DNA of 64,000 bases from assembly GCA_964428895.1 (NCBI GenBank), contig CAYRZU010000004.1, positions 16,381 through 80,380 on the forward strand, written 5' to 3'. Each line of letters opens with the position of its first letter. Within the stretch, counting starts at the first letter, position 1. The notes beneath the pieces are model-generated. The model was not told the origin of the DNA. It saw nothing but the letters and a program-made list of their open reading frames with translations, and ran no database searches. The position numbers and the translations under genes were made by a program. Positions 16,994 to 25,966 of the stretch are shown here, piece after piece. This stretch comes from an uncultured Planctomycetaceae bacterium. GTDB lineage: Bacteria; Planctomycetota; Phycisphaerae; SM23-33.

Positions 16994-17950
16994 ATGGCTG
17001 CCAAGCAGACCCATCAGAAACCACGCCTGGGCAGGGGGCTATCGAGTCTGGTCGTCAACACCGCGCCGCCGGCTGAAGACGTTGGCACCTACGTATCCGC
17101 CGATTCGCCCGTGCCAACCGACAGCAAGCCGCGCGAACTCGCCGTCGAGAAGATCGCGCCAAACCCCTATCAGCCCCGAAAGACGTTCGACAAGACGCAA
17201 CTGGCTGAGCTGACCGAATCGATCCGGAAGCAGGGGGTCCTTCAGCCGTTGCTGGTGGCGCCCGCGCCGGAAGGGCGATCGGAAGAGGCGCCTTACATCC
17301 TCATTGCCGGCCAGCGTCGTTTGCGCGCCGCCCACGATGCAGGTCTAACTGAAGTGCCGGTCGTCGTCCGGAAGGCGTCTGACGAGCAGATCCTCGAATG
17401 GGCCATCATCGAGAACATCCAGCGATCCGACCTGAACGCGGTCGAACGAGCGCAGGCCTTTCGCGATGTGATGGACCGGTTCAGCCTCACCCAGGCCCAG
17501 CTGGCCGAGCGGGTTGGATCCTCTCGCGAGTCAGTAGCCAACTACTTGCGCATACTGGACGTATGCGATTCAGTCCAGAAGATGTTGCTGGACGGAAAGC
17601 TCTCGTTCGGCCATGCGCGGGCATTGGCGGGGCTTTCTGGAAAGTCCGATAAGCAGCGCAGTCTGGCCAAGCGGGCCGTCAACAAGCAGCTCTCGGTCCG
17701 GCAGCTCGAAGCGCTCGTCGCCGCCGCGCAAACCGGCGCCGATGCTGGCGATGAAGGGCCAACGCGCAGCGCCGATCCGAAGGCTCCGCACATTGCCGAC
17801 CTGGAGCAACAGCTCGCACGGCACCTTTCCACGCGCGTCGTCATCAAGCCAGGTCGCAAGCAACACACCGGCCAGCTAACGATCGACTACAACAGCCTCG
17901 ACGACTTCGACCGCCTGCTGACCAAGCTGGGCGTATCCCTGGAGAGCTAG
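16994..17950 (+). CDS. parB: Chromosome partitioning protein ParB (Spo0J)
   Basis: GQRRLRAA (compare GERRxRAA), ENIQR (compare ENLQR), an HTH region and the C-terminal dimerisation segment are present. 318 aa. Confidence 0.85.
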   Translation: MAAKQTHQKPRLGRGLSSLVVNTAPPAEDVGTYVSADSPVPTDSKPRELAVEKIAPNPYQPRKTFDKTQLAELTESIRKQGVLQPLLVAPAPEGRSEEAPYILIAGQRRLRAAHDAGLTEVPVVVRKASDEQILEWAIIENIQRSDLNAVERAQAFRDVMDRFSLTQAQLAERVGSSRESVANYLRILDVCDSVQKMLLDGKLSFGHARALAGLSGKSDKQRSLAKRAVNKQLSVRQLEALVAAAQTGADAGDEGPTRSADPKAPHIADLEQQLARHLSTRVVIKPGRKQHTGQLTIDYNSLDDFDRLLTKLGVSLES

Positions 17951-17958
17951 CGCGAACG

Positions 17959-18915
17959 ATGAAGAAGATCGGCATCATTGGCTTGGGCAACATGGGCGTT
18001 CGCCGCCTGGAGAAGCTGGCGCAGTTTGAATCGGTGCGCATCGCGGCGCTCTCCACGCGCAACAAGCACGTGCTGGCCGAGCAGGCCGCCCATTGGCGCG
18101 TGCCCATGACGTCCACACGCTGGTCGGACATCACCGGCAAGGCCGGTCTCGACGCCGTCTGCATCTGCACGCCCAACGACTCGCACGCCGAGATCGCCAT
18201 CGCCGCCCTGCGAGCGGGCAAGGACGTGTTTGTCGAGTACCCCCTGGCGGTCACGCTGGAGCAGCTTGATGAATTGCAGGCCGTCGCCGAAAGCACCGGC
18301 CGCGTGTTGCACCTCGGCGCCACCACGCGCCTGGAAGACCAGCACGTATTCGTCCGCGAGCGCCTATCGCAATGGGGCGAGCCCATCGAGGCCCGCGGCG
18401 TGATGGCCTTGCCCTATGTGTGGAAGTGGACGACCGATCAAGCCGTGATGGGCTCGTATTTCTCGCTGGCCAACTATCACCAGGCCGACCAGTTCATCGA
18501 TTGGATCGGCCCGCCCAGTTGGGTTGCGGCCAGCTTGTGGCAGCGGGAGGAGGCCGGGAAGATCGCCGCCATCAGCGGCAGCATGTTCTTCGGCTACCAC
18601 AACGGCTGTAGTTGCCACGTTAACTACACCATGGGCGTGCCCTGCCAAGAAACGATCCTTCAGTTCGAACTGATCTGCACCGACGCCCGCATAACGTGGT
18701 TCGATCAGGTCCTCCGCGTCCAGAAACTCGACGGGGCCGCCGAGATCATCGACCTGCCCGAAACCGATTGCGTCATGCTCGACACCGAGCTGTTCGTTCA
18801 AAGGATCCTCGGCGAACTCCCCGCCCCGGACCTGACCGAGCAAGCCCTCCCCACACGCGTAGCTCTACTGGCTGAGCAATCCGCAGCCGAAGGCGGCGTG
18901 ACGCTGGCCGTGTAG
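17959..18915 (+). CDS. Gfo/Idh/MocA family NAD(P)-dependent oxidoreductase
   Basis: MKKIGIIGLGNMGVRRLEKL is a Rossmann N-terminus, and ...DAVCICTPNDSHAEIAIAALRAGKDVFVEYPLA matches the GFO_IDH_MocA signature region. Confidence 0.7.
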   Translation: MKKIGIIGLGNMGVRRLEKLAQFESVRIAALSTRNKHVLAEQAAHWRVPMTSTRWSDITGKAGLDAVCICTPNDSHAEIAIAALRAGKDVFVEYPLAVTLEQLDELQAVAESTGRVLHLGATTRLEDQHVFVRERLSQWGEPIEARGVMALPYVWKWTTDQAVMGSYFSLANYHQADQFIDWIGPPSWVAASLWQREEAGKIAAISGSMFFGYHNGCSCHVNYTMGVPCQETILQFELICTDARITWFDQVLRVQKLDGAAEIIDLPETDCVMLDTELFVQRILGELPAPDLTEQALPTRVALLAEQSAAEGGVTLAV

Positions 18916-18933
18916 TCGCTCGCCTAAGCGTCC

Positions 18934-19824
18934 TTAGTTTCCGGCCAACGTTTGCAGAACGCTGAACGTCGCTTGCGTGCCGTCCTTGCCGTGACCGAGG
19001 GCGGACGCCGCTTTCATGATTTGGGTTGCTAGGGCTGCGCCCGGTAGCGGGAGGGTGAGCTTGTCGGCGGCAGCCAAGGCGAGTTTGAGGTCCTTGAGTT
19101 GGTAATCGATGAAGAACCCCGGGGCGTAGTCGCCGGCCGCCATCTTCGCCCCGAGGTTGCTCAGGATCCAACTGCCCGCGGCGCCGCTGCTGACGGCCTG
19201 GAGCATCGCGTCAATGTCCACGCCGGAGGCCTTGGCCAAGCTGATCGCCTCGGACGCCGCCACCAAGTACAACGCGCCCAGGATCTGATTGCAGAGCTTG
19301 ACGGTGTAGCCGGCCCCGCTGGACCCGCAATAGGTGACGGTTCCGCCCATGGCGTCCAGCACGGGCAGGGCGGTATCGAAATCGCTCTTCTCGCCGCCGA
19401 CCATGATGCTGAGCGTGCCGGCCTTGGCGCCTACGTCGCCCCCAGAGATCGGCGCATCCAGGAAGCCGGCGCCCTTGGCCCGCAAGGCCTCGGCGCATTC
19501 GACCGCCACACCGGGCGAGACGGTGGAATGATCGACCACAATCAACCCCTCGCGCGCGCCGGCGATGATGCCGGTCGCTTCATCCAGCACGACCTGCCGC
19601 ACGTCGTCGTCGGCCGTCACGCAACTGCAGACGATGTCACTCGCAGCCGCCACAGCCGCCGGGCTGTCGGCCACGGCCGCGCCGGCCTCGACGAGTGCCG
19701 ACGTCTTGGCGGCAGTGCGGTTGAACACCGTCACACTGAGGCCCGCCTTCATGCAATTGGCCGCCATGGGCCCGCCCATAATGCCGGTCCCGACGAACCC
19801 CACGCGTAATGGTTGCTTGGTCAT
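18934..19824 (-). CDS. NAD(P)-dependent oxidoreductase of the 3-hydroxyisobutyrate dehydrogenase / tartronate semialdehyde reductase family
   Basis: LRVGFVGTGIMGGPMAANCMKAG (NAD-binding), ...GTLSIMVGG and the 6PGDH-like C-terminal helical domain are present. The start is placed at MTKQPL (complement ATG at 19822..19824); the track ORF extends to 19896. Confidence 0.7.
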   Translation of the reverse strand: MTKQPLRVGFVGTGIMGGPMAANCMKAGLSVTVFNRTAAKTSALVEAGAAVADSPAAVAAASDIVCSCVTADDDVRQVVLDEATGIIAGAREGLIVVDHSTVSPGVAVECAEALRAKGAGFLDAPISGGDVGAKAGTLSIMVGGEKSDFDTALPVLDAMGGTVTYCGSSGAGYTVKLCNQILGALYLVAASEAISLAKASGVDIDAMLQAVSSGAAGSWILSNLGAKMAAGDYAPGFFIDYQLKDLKLALAAADKLTLPLPGAALATQIMKAASALGHGKDGTQATFSVLQTLAGN

Positions 19825-19949
19825 GACAATCTCCTCGGTCGCGGATGATAGCCGTCGCGCCCTTGCATGACAACCGCAGGCCGTTAAGCTAGGCATTCGC
19901 GCCGCCCGTCGCGCCGGGCTCGGCGTAACAGAAGCCGGAGAAACAACTG

Positions 19950-21179
19950 ATGAGCGTAACGATTGTGCAATTGCTGCTGGCCCTGTCCCCGATCGCCCAA
20001 GTGGCGGACGCGCCGGCCACCCAGCCGACGACCCGAATCGCCGAGGCGGTCGAAGTCGACCCCGACGCGACCTGGCTGACCCAGGACATCTGGCTGGGCA
20101 ATGCTCCGTGGCAGTGGGGGGCGCTGCTGGCGGTGATCCTAGGCGGCATGATCATCGGCAAGCTAATTAGCTTCCTGTTGATCCGCCACGCCGACCACCT
20201 GGCCAACCGCCCCGGCTGGGAAGGACTGGAGACCACGTTCCGAGCGGCTGAACGCCCGGCCATTATGCTGTTTGTGGTGCTGGGCGTGTACCTGGTCCGC
20301 TACGTGATGAAGCTGGACGTGCCGATCAGCAATGCCGCAAACGCCCCCGAGCTGGGAGTGGTCTGGGGCCAGGCGGCCTCGGTGGCCATGTACCTGGGGC
20401 TGGCCTGGCTGATCTACCGCATGGTCGACGTGGTCGAACACTACCTCAGCAAGTGGGCCAACCGCACCGACACCAGTTTCGACGACCAACTCGTCCCGCT
20501 GGTCCGCAAAGCCCTGCGGGTGTTCGTGATCATCCTGCTGGTATTGTTCATCCTCAAGAACGTGATGGGCCGTGACATCAGCACGCTACTGGCCGGCTTG
20601 GGCTTGGGCGGCTTGGCCTTCGCCTTGGCGGCCAAGGACACCATCGCCAACCTGTTCGGCTCGGCCGTCGTCTTCACCGATCGGCCCTTCAAGGTCGGCG
20701 ACCGCATCGTGGTCGGCGGCTACGACGGCACGGTGGAAGAGGTGGGCTTCCGCTCCACCCGCATCCGCACGCTGATCGGGCACCTGGTCATCATCCCCAA
20801 CGCCACCATCGCTAACACCAACCTGGAGAACATTTCCGAGCGCGCCTACATCAAACGCTCCCTGGCCGTGACGGTCACTTACGACACCACCCCCGAGAAG
20901 ATTGACCGGGCCATCGCCATCATCAAGGACATGCTCGCCGCCCGCGCCGGGCATTTCCCCGAGGAAAAGCCCGGCCGCGCTCACTTCACCGAGTTCAACG
21001 CCGATAGCCTCAATATCGCCGTGACCTACTGGTATACGCCTCCGGAGTGGGAGGACTACCTCGCCTTTACCCACGAGTTCAACATGGAGTTGCTCCGCCG
21101 CTTCAACGAGGAAGGCATCGAATTCGCCTTCCCGACCCAGACGCTCTACCTTAAGAACGATGACGGCGAGAAAGGATAA
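19950..21179 (+). CDS. Mechanosensitive ion channel (MscS family)
   Basis: TM helices are followed by the MscS beta-domain signature DRPFKVGDRIVVGGYDGTVEEVGFRSTRIRTLIGHLVIIPNATIANTNLEN. Confidence 0.8.
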   Translation: MSVTIVQLLLALSPIAQVADAPATQPTTRIAEAVEVDPDATWLTQDIWLGNAPWQWGALLAVILGGMIIGKLISFLLIRHADHLANRPGWEGLETTFRAAERPAIMLFVVLGVYLVRYVMKLDVPISNAANAPELGVVWGQAASVAMYLGLAWLIYRMVDVVEHYLSKWANRTDTSFDDQLVPLVRKALRVFVIILLVLFILKNVMGRDISTLLAGLGLGGLAFALAAKDTIANLFGSAVVFTDRPFKVGDRIVVGGYDGTVEEVGFRSTRIRTLIGHLVIIPNATIANTNLENISERAYIKRSLAVTVTYDTTPEKIDRAIAIIKDMLAARAGHFPEEKPGRAHFTEFNADSLNIAVTYWYTPPEWEDYLAFTHEFNMELLRRFNEEGIEFAFPTQTLYLKNDDGEKG

Positions 21180-21182
21180 CCC

Positions 21183-22058
21183 ATGAGCGATTCGATCCCC
21201 CCAGCCCCGCCGGTTCAGCCCCCGCTCCCGGAAGCGCCGACGCCCAGCGGCGGCAGCGGCGCCAAACTGGCGATCATCATTGTGGCCTGTGTGGTCGGCG
21301 GCTTCGTTGCGATCGTGCTTCTACTGGCGGTCATGCTCATGCCCAACCTCAACCGGGCCCGAGGCCTGGCCCGCAAGGCCGCCTGCATGGCCAATCTCAA
21401 CGGCATCGGCAAGAGCGTGGTCCTGTATTCTGAGATCCAGCGCGGGCAATACCCGCTCATCCATCTCGCCGAGCGGGCCCCCAATGGCGCCAACAGCGCG
21501 CCCACCTCGGCCAACACCACCGACGCCGAACCCGACAGCGGCCAATGGCCCGAAGTCATGGGCGACAGCGCCATGCAAAACGTCTGGCTGCTGATTCATG
21601 AATCGCTGATCGTCGAGAGTGGCTTCCGCTGCCCGGCCGACATCGAATCCCAGAAGCGATTGGTCGTCGACCCTCGCGCCGCCAAGTACGGCTGGAACAG
21701 CCCCTTCAACTACTCCTACGGCATGCAGTGGCCCTATGAGACGGACGCGGCCGGCAAGGCCAACTCCGCGCCATTGTCCGATGCCCTCGACGGGCGTATG
21801 GTCATCTTCGCCGATCGGAACCCCGGCGGGCCCGTCGGCGCCACCCGTCGGCCCTCCAACCATCCCAAGCTCGGAACGGGCGTTCTGCTGGCCAGCGGAA
21901 CCGTGGAATGGATCGACAAGGGCTCCAGCGTCTTCACGACCAAATACGCCCGCCGCCTCCCGCTCGCCCCCGAGGAGATCTACGCCAACGGCGACGGCGC
22001 CCCCGGCGCCCTGCCCACCAGCGCCACCGACACCAGTATTTGCCTGAGCGGCCGATAA
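21183..22058 (+). CDS. DUF1559-family (H-X9-DG-like) membrane protein with degenerate prepilin N-terminus
   Basis: A TM segment followed by PNLNRARGLARKAACMANLNGIGKSVVLY parallels the DUF1559 N-terminal block. The C-terminus HPKLGTGVLLASGTVEWI parallels the H-X9-DG block of the canonical paralog at 33085 (HNGRANVLYVDGRIVSL). Confidence 0.5.
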   Translation: MSDSIPPAPPVQPPLPEAPTPSGGSGAKLAIIIVACVVGGFVAIVLLLAVMLMPNLNRARGLARKAACMANLNGIGKSVVLYSEIQRGQYPLIHLAERAPNGANSAPTSANTTDAEPDSGQWPEVMGDSAMQNVWLLIHESLIVESGFRCPADIESQKRLVVDPRAAKYGWNSPFNYSYGMQWPYETDAAGKANSAPLSDALDGRMVIFADRNPGGPVGATRRPSNHPKLGTGVLLASGTVEWIDKGSSVFTTKYARRLPLAPEEIYANGDGAPGALPTSATDTSICLSGR

Positions 22059-22099
22059 CGCTCCCCGATTCCACGGGGCCAGGAAATCTGGTCCTGAGG

Positions 22100-22133
22100 C
22101 TTGATATATCATATCATCTTGATATATTGATAG
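22100..22133. promoter_or_regulatory. AT-rich operator-like island upstream of arsR: 10-bp palindrome TGATATATCA plus inverted repeat ATATCA-tct-TGATAT
   Basis: The segment CTTGATATATCATATCATCTTGATATATTGATAGT lies immediately 5' of the arsR ATG (22135). It is strongly AT-rich in a GC-rich genome. ArsR/SmtB and BigR-type operators are AT-rich imperfect palindromes. Confidence 0.45.
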
Positions 22134-22134
22134 T

Positions 22135-22467
22135 ATGACTACTCAAGCGACTTCTCCTCGCGCCCTCCCGGAAGCATCCTTCGAGCGGATTGCTCCGGTG
22201 TTGCGGATTCTGGGCCACCCCGATCGGCTGCGGATTGTGGATCTGCTGATGCGCGAGCCGATCACCGTAGCCGACCTGGCCGATCGGCTGGACCTGGCGC
22301 CCAACGCGGTCAGCCAGCACCTGACCGGAATGATGGCCCACGAAATCGTCGCCCGCAGAAGGGACGGGCGATGTGTCTACTACAGCGTGGTCCACCCCGC
22401 TGCCCGCAGCTTGATGCAGTGCATGTACCGCAACGCCGGGCCCGGCAAGAAGGGCCGCAAGCGCTAG
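22135..22467 (+). CDS. ArsR/SmtB-family transcriptional regulator (possibly persulfide/thiol-sensing, BigR/SqrR-like)
   Basis: ILGHPDRLRIVDLLMREPITVADLADRLDLAPNAVSQHLTGMMAHEIV is an ArsR-type wHTH. There are two Cys (DGRCVYY, LMQCMY). The gene lies upstream of a CoADR-rhodanese gene. Confidence 0.75.
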   Translation: MTTQATSPRALPEASFERIAPVLRILGHPDRLRIVDLLMREPITVADLADRLDLAPNAVSQHLTGMMAHEIVARRRDGRCVYYSVVHPAARSLMQCMYRNAGPGKKGRKR

Positions 22468-22471
22468 ACCC

Positions 22472-22651
22472 ATGGAAGACGTCTTCATCATCGCGCTGGG
22501 AGCCGGCCTGGGAGCGGCAGGGGGGCTGCTGCTGGGGCGCAGTTATGTCTGTCGGACCGGCGCCTGCCGGGCCAAACCGAACCTGATCTTCGCCACGCTC
22601 GCCGGGGCTGTCTTTGGGGCCGCGGTGGCGTGGTATTTCGCCAATCGCTAG
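22472..22651 (+). CDS. Small two-TM membrane protein with CxxxxC motif (59 aa), probably co-transcribed with arsR and the CoADR-RHD gene
   Basis: The ORF is MEDVFIIALGAGLGAAGGLLLGRSYVCRTGACRAKPNLIFATLAGAVFGAAVAWYFANR, with two Gly/Ala-rich hydrophobic helices flanking CRTGAC. It fills the gap between arsR (4 nt upstream) and the CoADR gene. It is below the length cutoff of the ORF track. Confidence 0.5.
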   Translation: MEDVFIIALGAGLGAAGGLLLGRSYVCRTGACRAKPNLIFATLAGAVFGAAVAWYFANR

Positions 22652-22665
22652 AGGAATCGCCGAAA

Positions 22666-24357
22666 ATGTCTGAGCGAATCGTCATCGTCGGCGGCGTAGC
22701 CGCCGGAGCGTCGGCCGCCGCCAAGGCCCGCCGCATGAGTGAGGATGTTGAGATCGTGCTCTTCGAGGCCGGCCCGTACATCAGCTTCGCCAATTGCGGC
22801 CCGCCGTACCACGTTGGCGGCGAGATTGCCGATCGGGGCAAACTGTTCGTGGTCTCCGCCGACCAGTTCACCAAGCGATTCAACGTGGATGTCCGGGCCG
22901 AGACCACCGTCGCCGCCATCGACCCCAGCCGCAAGATCGTGATGTTCCAAAAGGCCAACGGCTCGACCGACCAGCTCACCTACGATCGGCTCCTATTGGC
23001 CACGGGAGCCGAGGCCATCCGCCCGCCGATTCCGGGTCTCGGGGCCGCGAACATCTTCACCGTCCGCAGCATCCCGGACGTCGACGCGATCATGGCCCGC
23101 TTGGCGACCGGGGAGCCCTCTCGCGCCGTTGTCATCGGCGGCGGCTACATCGGCCTGGAGACGGCCGAGCAACTGCTCCGCCGCGGCCTGGCGGTCACGG
23201 TGATCGAGATGGCCGACCAGTTGATGCTGGCGCTCGATCCGGAAATGGCCCAGCCGCTCCAGGCGGCGCTTCAGGCCGAAGGGGCCGAGGTGATCCTTTC
23301 GGACGCGGTCGCGGAGATCATTGAAGATGGTGGCCAATCCGTAGCTGTCACACGCGGCGGGCGGCGTGTGTCGTTCGATATCGGCATTCTGTCGGTCGGC
23401 GTTCGGCCGAACGTTCAACTCGCCCAACAGGCGGGGGTGGCTCTGGGCGAGACCGGGGCCATCGCCGTCGATGCCCTGCAGCGGACCTCCGACCCAGCCA
23501 TCTACGCCGCCGGCGACAACAGCGAAACCCGCCACCTCGTGCTCAATCGGCAGGTGAACATTCCTCTAGCAGGCCCGGCCAACAAGGCCGGTCGAGCGGC
23601 CGGGGCGAACATGGTGCTGGACCTCCAGGGCGTAGCCGACGATGACCCGCGGCGATTGAGCCTGGCCGGTGTGCTCGGCACGGCCGTGGTGCGCGTGGGC
23701 GGGGCCTCGGCCGCCTGCACGGGCCTGACCGAGCGGGCCCTGATCGCCGAGGGACTCGACTACGCCGTGGTCTATCTGCCCGGCCCGAACCATGCCAGCC
23801 ACTTCCCCGGGGCGCAGATGATGGCGCTGAAGATCCTGTTCGCCCCCGACACCGGCCGACTGCTCGGGGTCCAGGCCGTCGGCGGAGAGGGTGTGGACAA
23901 ACGCGTCGACGTGGTTGCCACGGCCATCGCCGGCGCGCTGACCATCGACGACCTGGGACAGCTCGACCTGTGCTACGCCCCGCCGTTCGGCTCGGCCAAG
24001 GATGTGGCCATTCAGGCGGGCTTCGCCGGGGCCAACACGCGTCGCGGCCTCATGCCGGCGATGACGCCGACGGAACTACTGGACGAATTGGCCGGCCCGA
24101 CGCCGCCGACCGTGCTGGACGTCCGTACCGACGCGGAGTTCGCCAAGGGCCATCTCGACGGCACCCTGCACGTGCCGGTCGACGACATCCGCAGCCGCCT
24201 GGACGAAATCCCCGCCGACAAGCCACTGGCCGTTCACTGTGCGGCCGGATATCGTAGTTACCTCGCTCAGCGGATCTTGATGAACCATGGGCGCGACAAC
24301 GTCCGCAACGTGCTGGGCGGGTACACCATGATTCAACGCACCCAAGCCGCCCGATAG
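22666..24357 (+). CDS. CoA-disulfide reductase / NADH-dependent persulfide reductase with C-terminal rhodanese domain (CoADR-RHD)
   Basis: The N-terminal FAD motif is IVIVGGVAAGASAA. The active-site Cys lies in SFANCGPPYHVGG (compare SFANCALPYYIGG of CoADR). The C-terminal rhodanese domain has the Cys in VHCAAGYRSY. The start is at MSERIV (22666). Confidence 0.8.
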   Translation: MSERIVIVGGVAAGASAAAKARRMSEDVEIVLFEAGPYISFANCGPPYHVGGEIADRGKLFVVSADQFTKRFNVDVRAETTVAAIDPSRKIVMFQKANGSTDQLTYDRLLLATGAEAIRPPIPGLGAANIFTVRSIPDVDAIMARLATGEPSRAVVIGGGYIGLETAEQLLRRGLAVTVIEMADQLMLALDPEMAQPLQAALQAEGAEVILSDAVAEIIEDGGQSVAVTRGGRRVSFDIGILSVGVRPNVQLAQQAGVALGETGAIAVDALQRTSDPAIYAAGDNSETRHLVLNRQVNIPLAGPANKAGRAAGANMVLDLQGVADDDPRRLSLAGVLGTAVVRVGGASAACTGLTERALIAEGLDYAVVYLPGPNHASHFPGAQMMALKILFAPDTGRLLGVQAVGGEGVDKRVDVVATAIAGALTIDDLGQLDLCYAPPFGSAKDVAIQAGFAGANTRRGLMPAMTPTELLDELAGPTPPTVLDVRTDAEFAKGHLDGTLHVPVDDIRSRLDEIPADKPLAVHCAAGYRSYLAQRILMNHGRDNVRNVLGGYTMIQRTQAAR

Positions 24358-24394
24358 CGGCCGACCGACATTTCTGAAAACGCGAACGCCCCGA

Positions 24395-25966
24395 ATGACC
24401 GACTTGCGCCGATCATCTCCTGACAGCCTCGACGTCGCCCGCGAGGCCTTCGCAGGCCTGGCCCGCCCCTGGAGCCTGTGGCTGATCCTGGGCATCCAGG
24501 CGGCGCTGCTGGTATTCCACCTGACGTCCTCCTGGCACGCCGGGCCGGACAGCGCCCTGTATATGGGCCTGGCGCGGTCGCTCGCGACCGGCGCCGGTTA
24601 CGTGTTCAACTACGAGCCGCACGTCATGGTCCCGCCGCTGTTCCCGGTGTTCCTGGCTGGGCTGGGCCAGGTCGCCGGCTCGTCGTACCTGATCTATAAC
24701 ATCACCCAGATCGTCTTGGCGTTGGCCTGCACGCCGGTGGCGTTTTGGATGCTGCGTCAGTCGTTCGGGAAAGACCTGGCCGTGGCCGGCACGACGATGT
24801 TCGCGCTGAACCTGGTGTTGTGGAAGGCGGCCTCGATGATCATCAGCGACGTGCTGTTCACGCTGCTGGCGTTCGTGGCCATGGGCGCGGTTATTCACGC
24901 CGCCCGCGGCGGGCGGTGGCGGTGGCCAGTCGCAATGGCGGCGGCTATCGCCGTGGCGGCGGCCTCCCTGACGCGGACCAACGGGCTGGTGATGGCCCCG
25001 GCCGCGGCATTGGCGCTATGGCTGGGCTGGCGCGGGCGACCGTGGGCCGAGCGTCTGGCGGTCGCGGCCGCATTTGCCGCCGTCGCCTTCGGGCCGATGG
25101 TCTGGTGGACCCGCTATGCCGCCTCGGTCCAATCCGGAGAGGGCGGGACGTACCTAGCGGCCTCTCACCTGGCCAGGCCTCTCGGCCAGATGCTGCCGGC
25201 CATGGCCCGCAACGTCTTTCACGAAACCGTCACCGAGACCTCCAACACCTTCGCGGGCTTTTCCGACGTGCCGATCGGCCTGAACTTCCTGGCGCCTATC
25301 GCCATCGGCGTCGGCTGTGCGGTCAGCCTTCGCCGGCGCGAGGTCCTGTTCCCGGTGACCATTCTGCTGATGGTCGCCTTGCTGGCGACCGTACCCGGCA
25401 TCCGCGCCCGCTATCTTCTGTTCGTGCTGCCCGCGGCGACGGTGCTGCTGATCGTGGGTGTTGCCGCCGTGGTGCGGCAGATCGCCCGCGAGCGCCACGT
25501 GAATGCCCGCGTCTTGGGCGCGGCCTTGATAACGGCCCTGGCGGTAATGGTAGCCGGCAACGTCATCCACACCGTGGACAAGGGCATCAGCTACCGCAAG
25601 GGCACCACCCCGAACGCCTCGCGCCTGGAACGGGACCAAGGTTGGTTCGTCGCCGGCCAGTACATCGCCGATCACCACACGGGTGATCGCCCGCCCGTGG
25701 TGCTGACGCGACAGGCCAGCGTGGTCCACTACCTCACCGGCGCCAAGACTCACAACCTCAAGCAACGTCGCGCTATGACGCAGGTGGATTTCGAGCATCG
25801 GATCGACCAGGCCAGGCCGCAATGGCTCTTGGCTGAACCCGACGAGCCCCGTACCGCTCTGGCGCGGCGCGCGTTCGAAGCTCTGGGCGTAGAGCTTCTG
25901 GACGTTGGAGGCGCCACCGGCACGAACGACATCGTCTTGTGGCAAGCGTTCTACCCGCCCGGCTAG
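24395..25966 (+). CDS. Membrane glycosyltransferase of the GT39/GT83 (PMT_2 / ArnT-like) family
   Basis: A polytopic membrane protein. GPDSALYMGLARSLATGAGYVFNYEPHVMVPPLF resembles the first periplasmic-loop motif of ArnT/PMT-type lipid-linked-sugar transferases. It is adjacent to a GT2 polyprenyl-phosphate sugar synthase. Confidence 0.6.
   Translation: MTDLRRSSPDSLDVAREAFAGLARPWSLWLILGIQAALLVFHLTSSWHAGPDSALYMGLARSLATGAGYVFNYEPHVMVPPLFPVFLAGLGQVAGSSYLIYNITQIVLALACTPVAFWMLRQSFGKDLAVAGTTMFALNLVLWKAASMIISDVLFTLLAFVAMGAVIHAARGGRWRWPVAMAAAIAVAAASLTRTNGLVMAPAAALALWLGWRGRPWAERLAVAAAFAAVAFGPMVWWTRYAASVQSGEGGTYLAASHLARPLGQMLPAMARNVFHETVTETSNTFAGFSDVPIGLNFLAPIAIGVGCAVSLRRREVLFPVTILLMVALLATVPGIRARYLLFVLPAATVLLIVGVAAVVRQIARERHVNARVLGAALITALAVMVAGNVIHTVDKGISYRKGTTPNASRLERDQGWFVAGQYIADHHTGDRPPVVLTRQASVVHYLTGAKTHNLKQRRAMTQVDFEHRIDQARPQWLLAEPDEPRTALARRAFEALGVELLDVGGATGTNDIVLWQAFYPPG

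Noticed and set aside
16407-17024. The 205-aa minus-strand ORF spanning the asnB-like 3' end, both parS sites and the parB start.
   Set aside because: It overlaps two well-supported plus-strand genes and the regulatory region, and its translation has no motifs. It is most likely spurious.
16994-18915. A parA gene adjacent to parB.
   Set aside because: The flanking genes are an AsnB-like amidotransferase and a Gfo/Idh/MocA oxidoreductase. No Walker-type ParA/Soj ORF is present within the window, so parB is recorded as orphan here.
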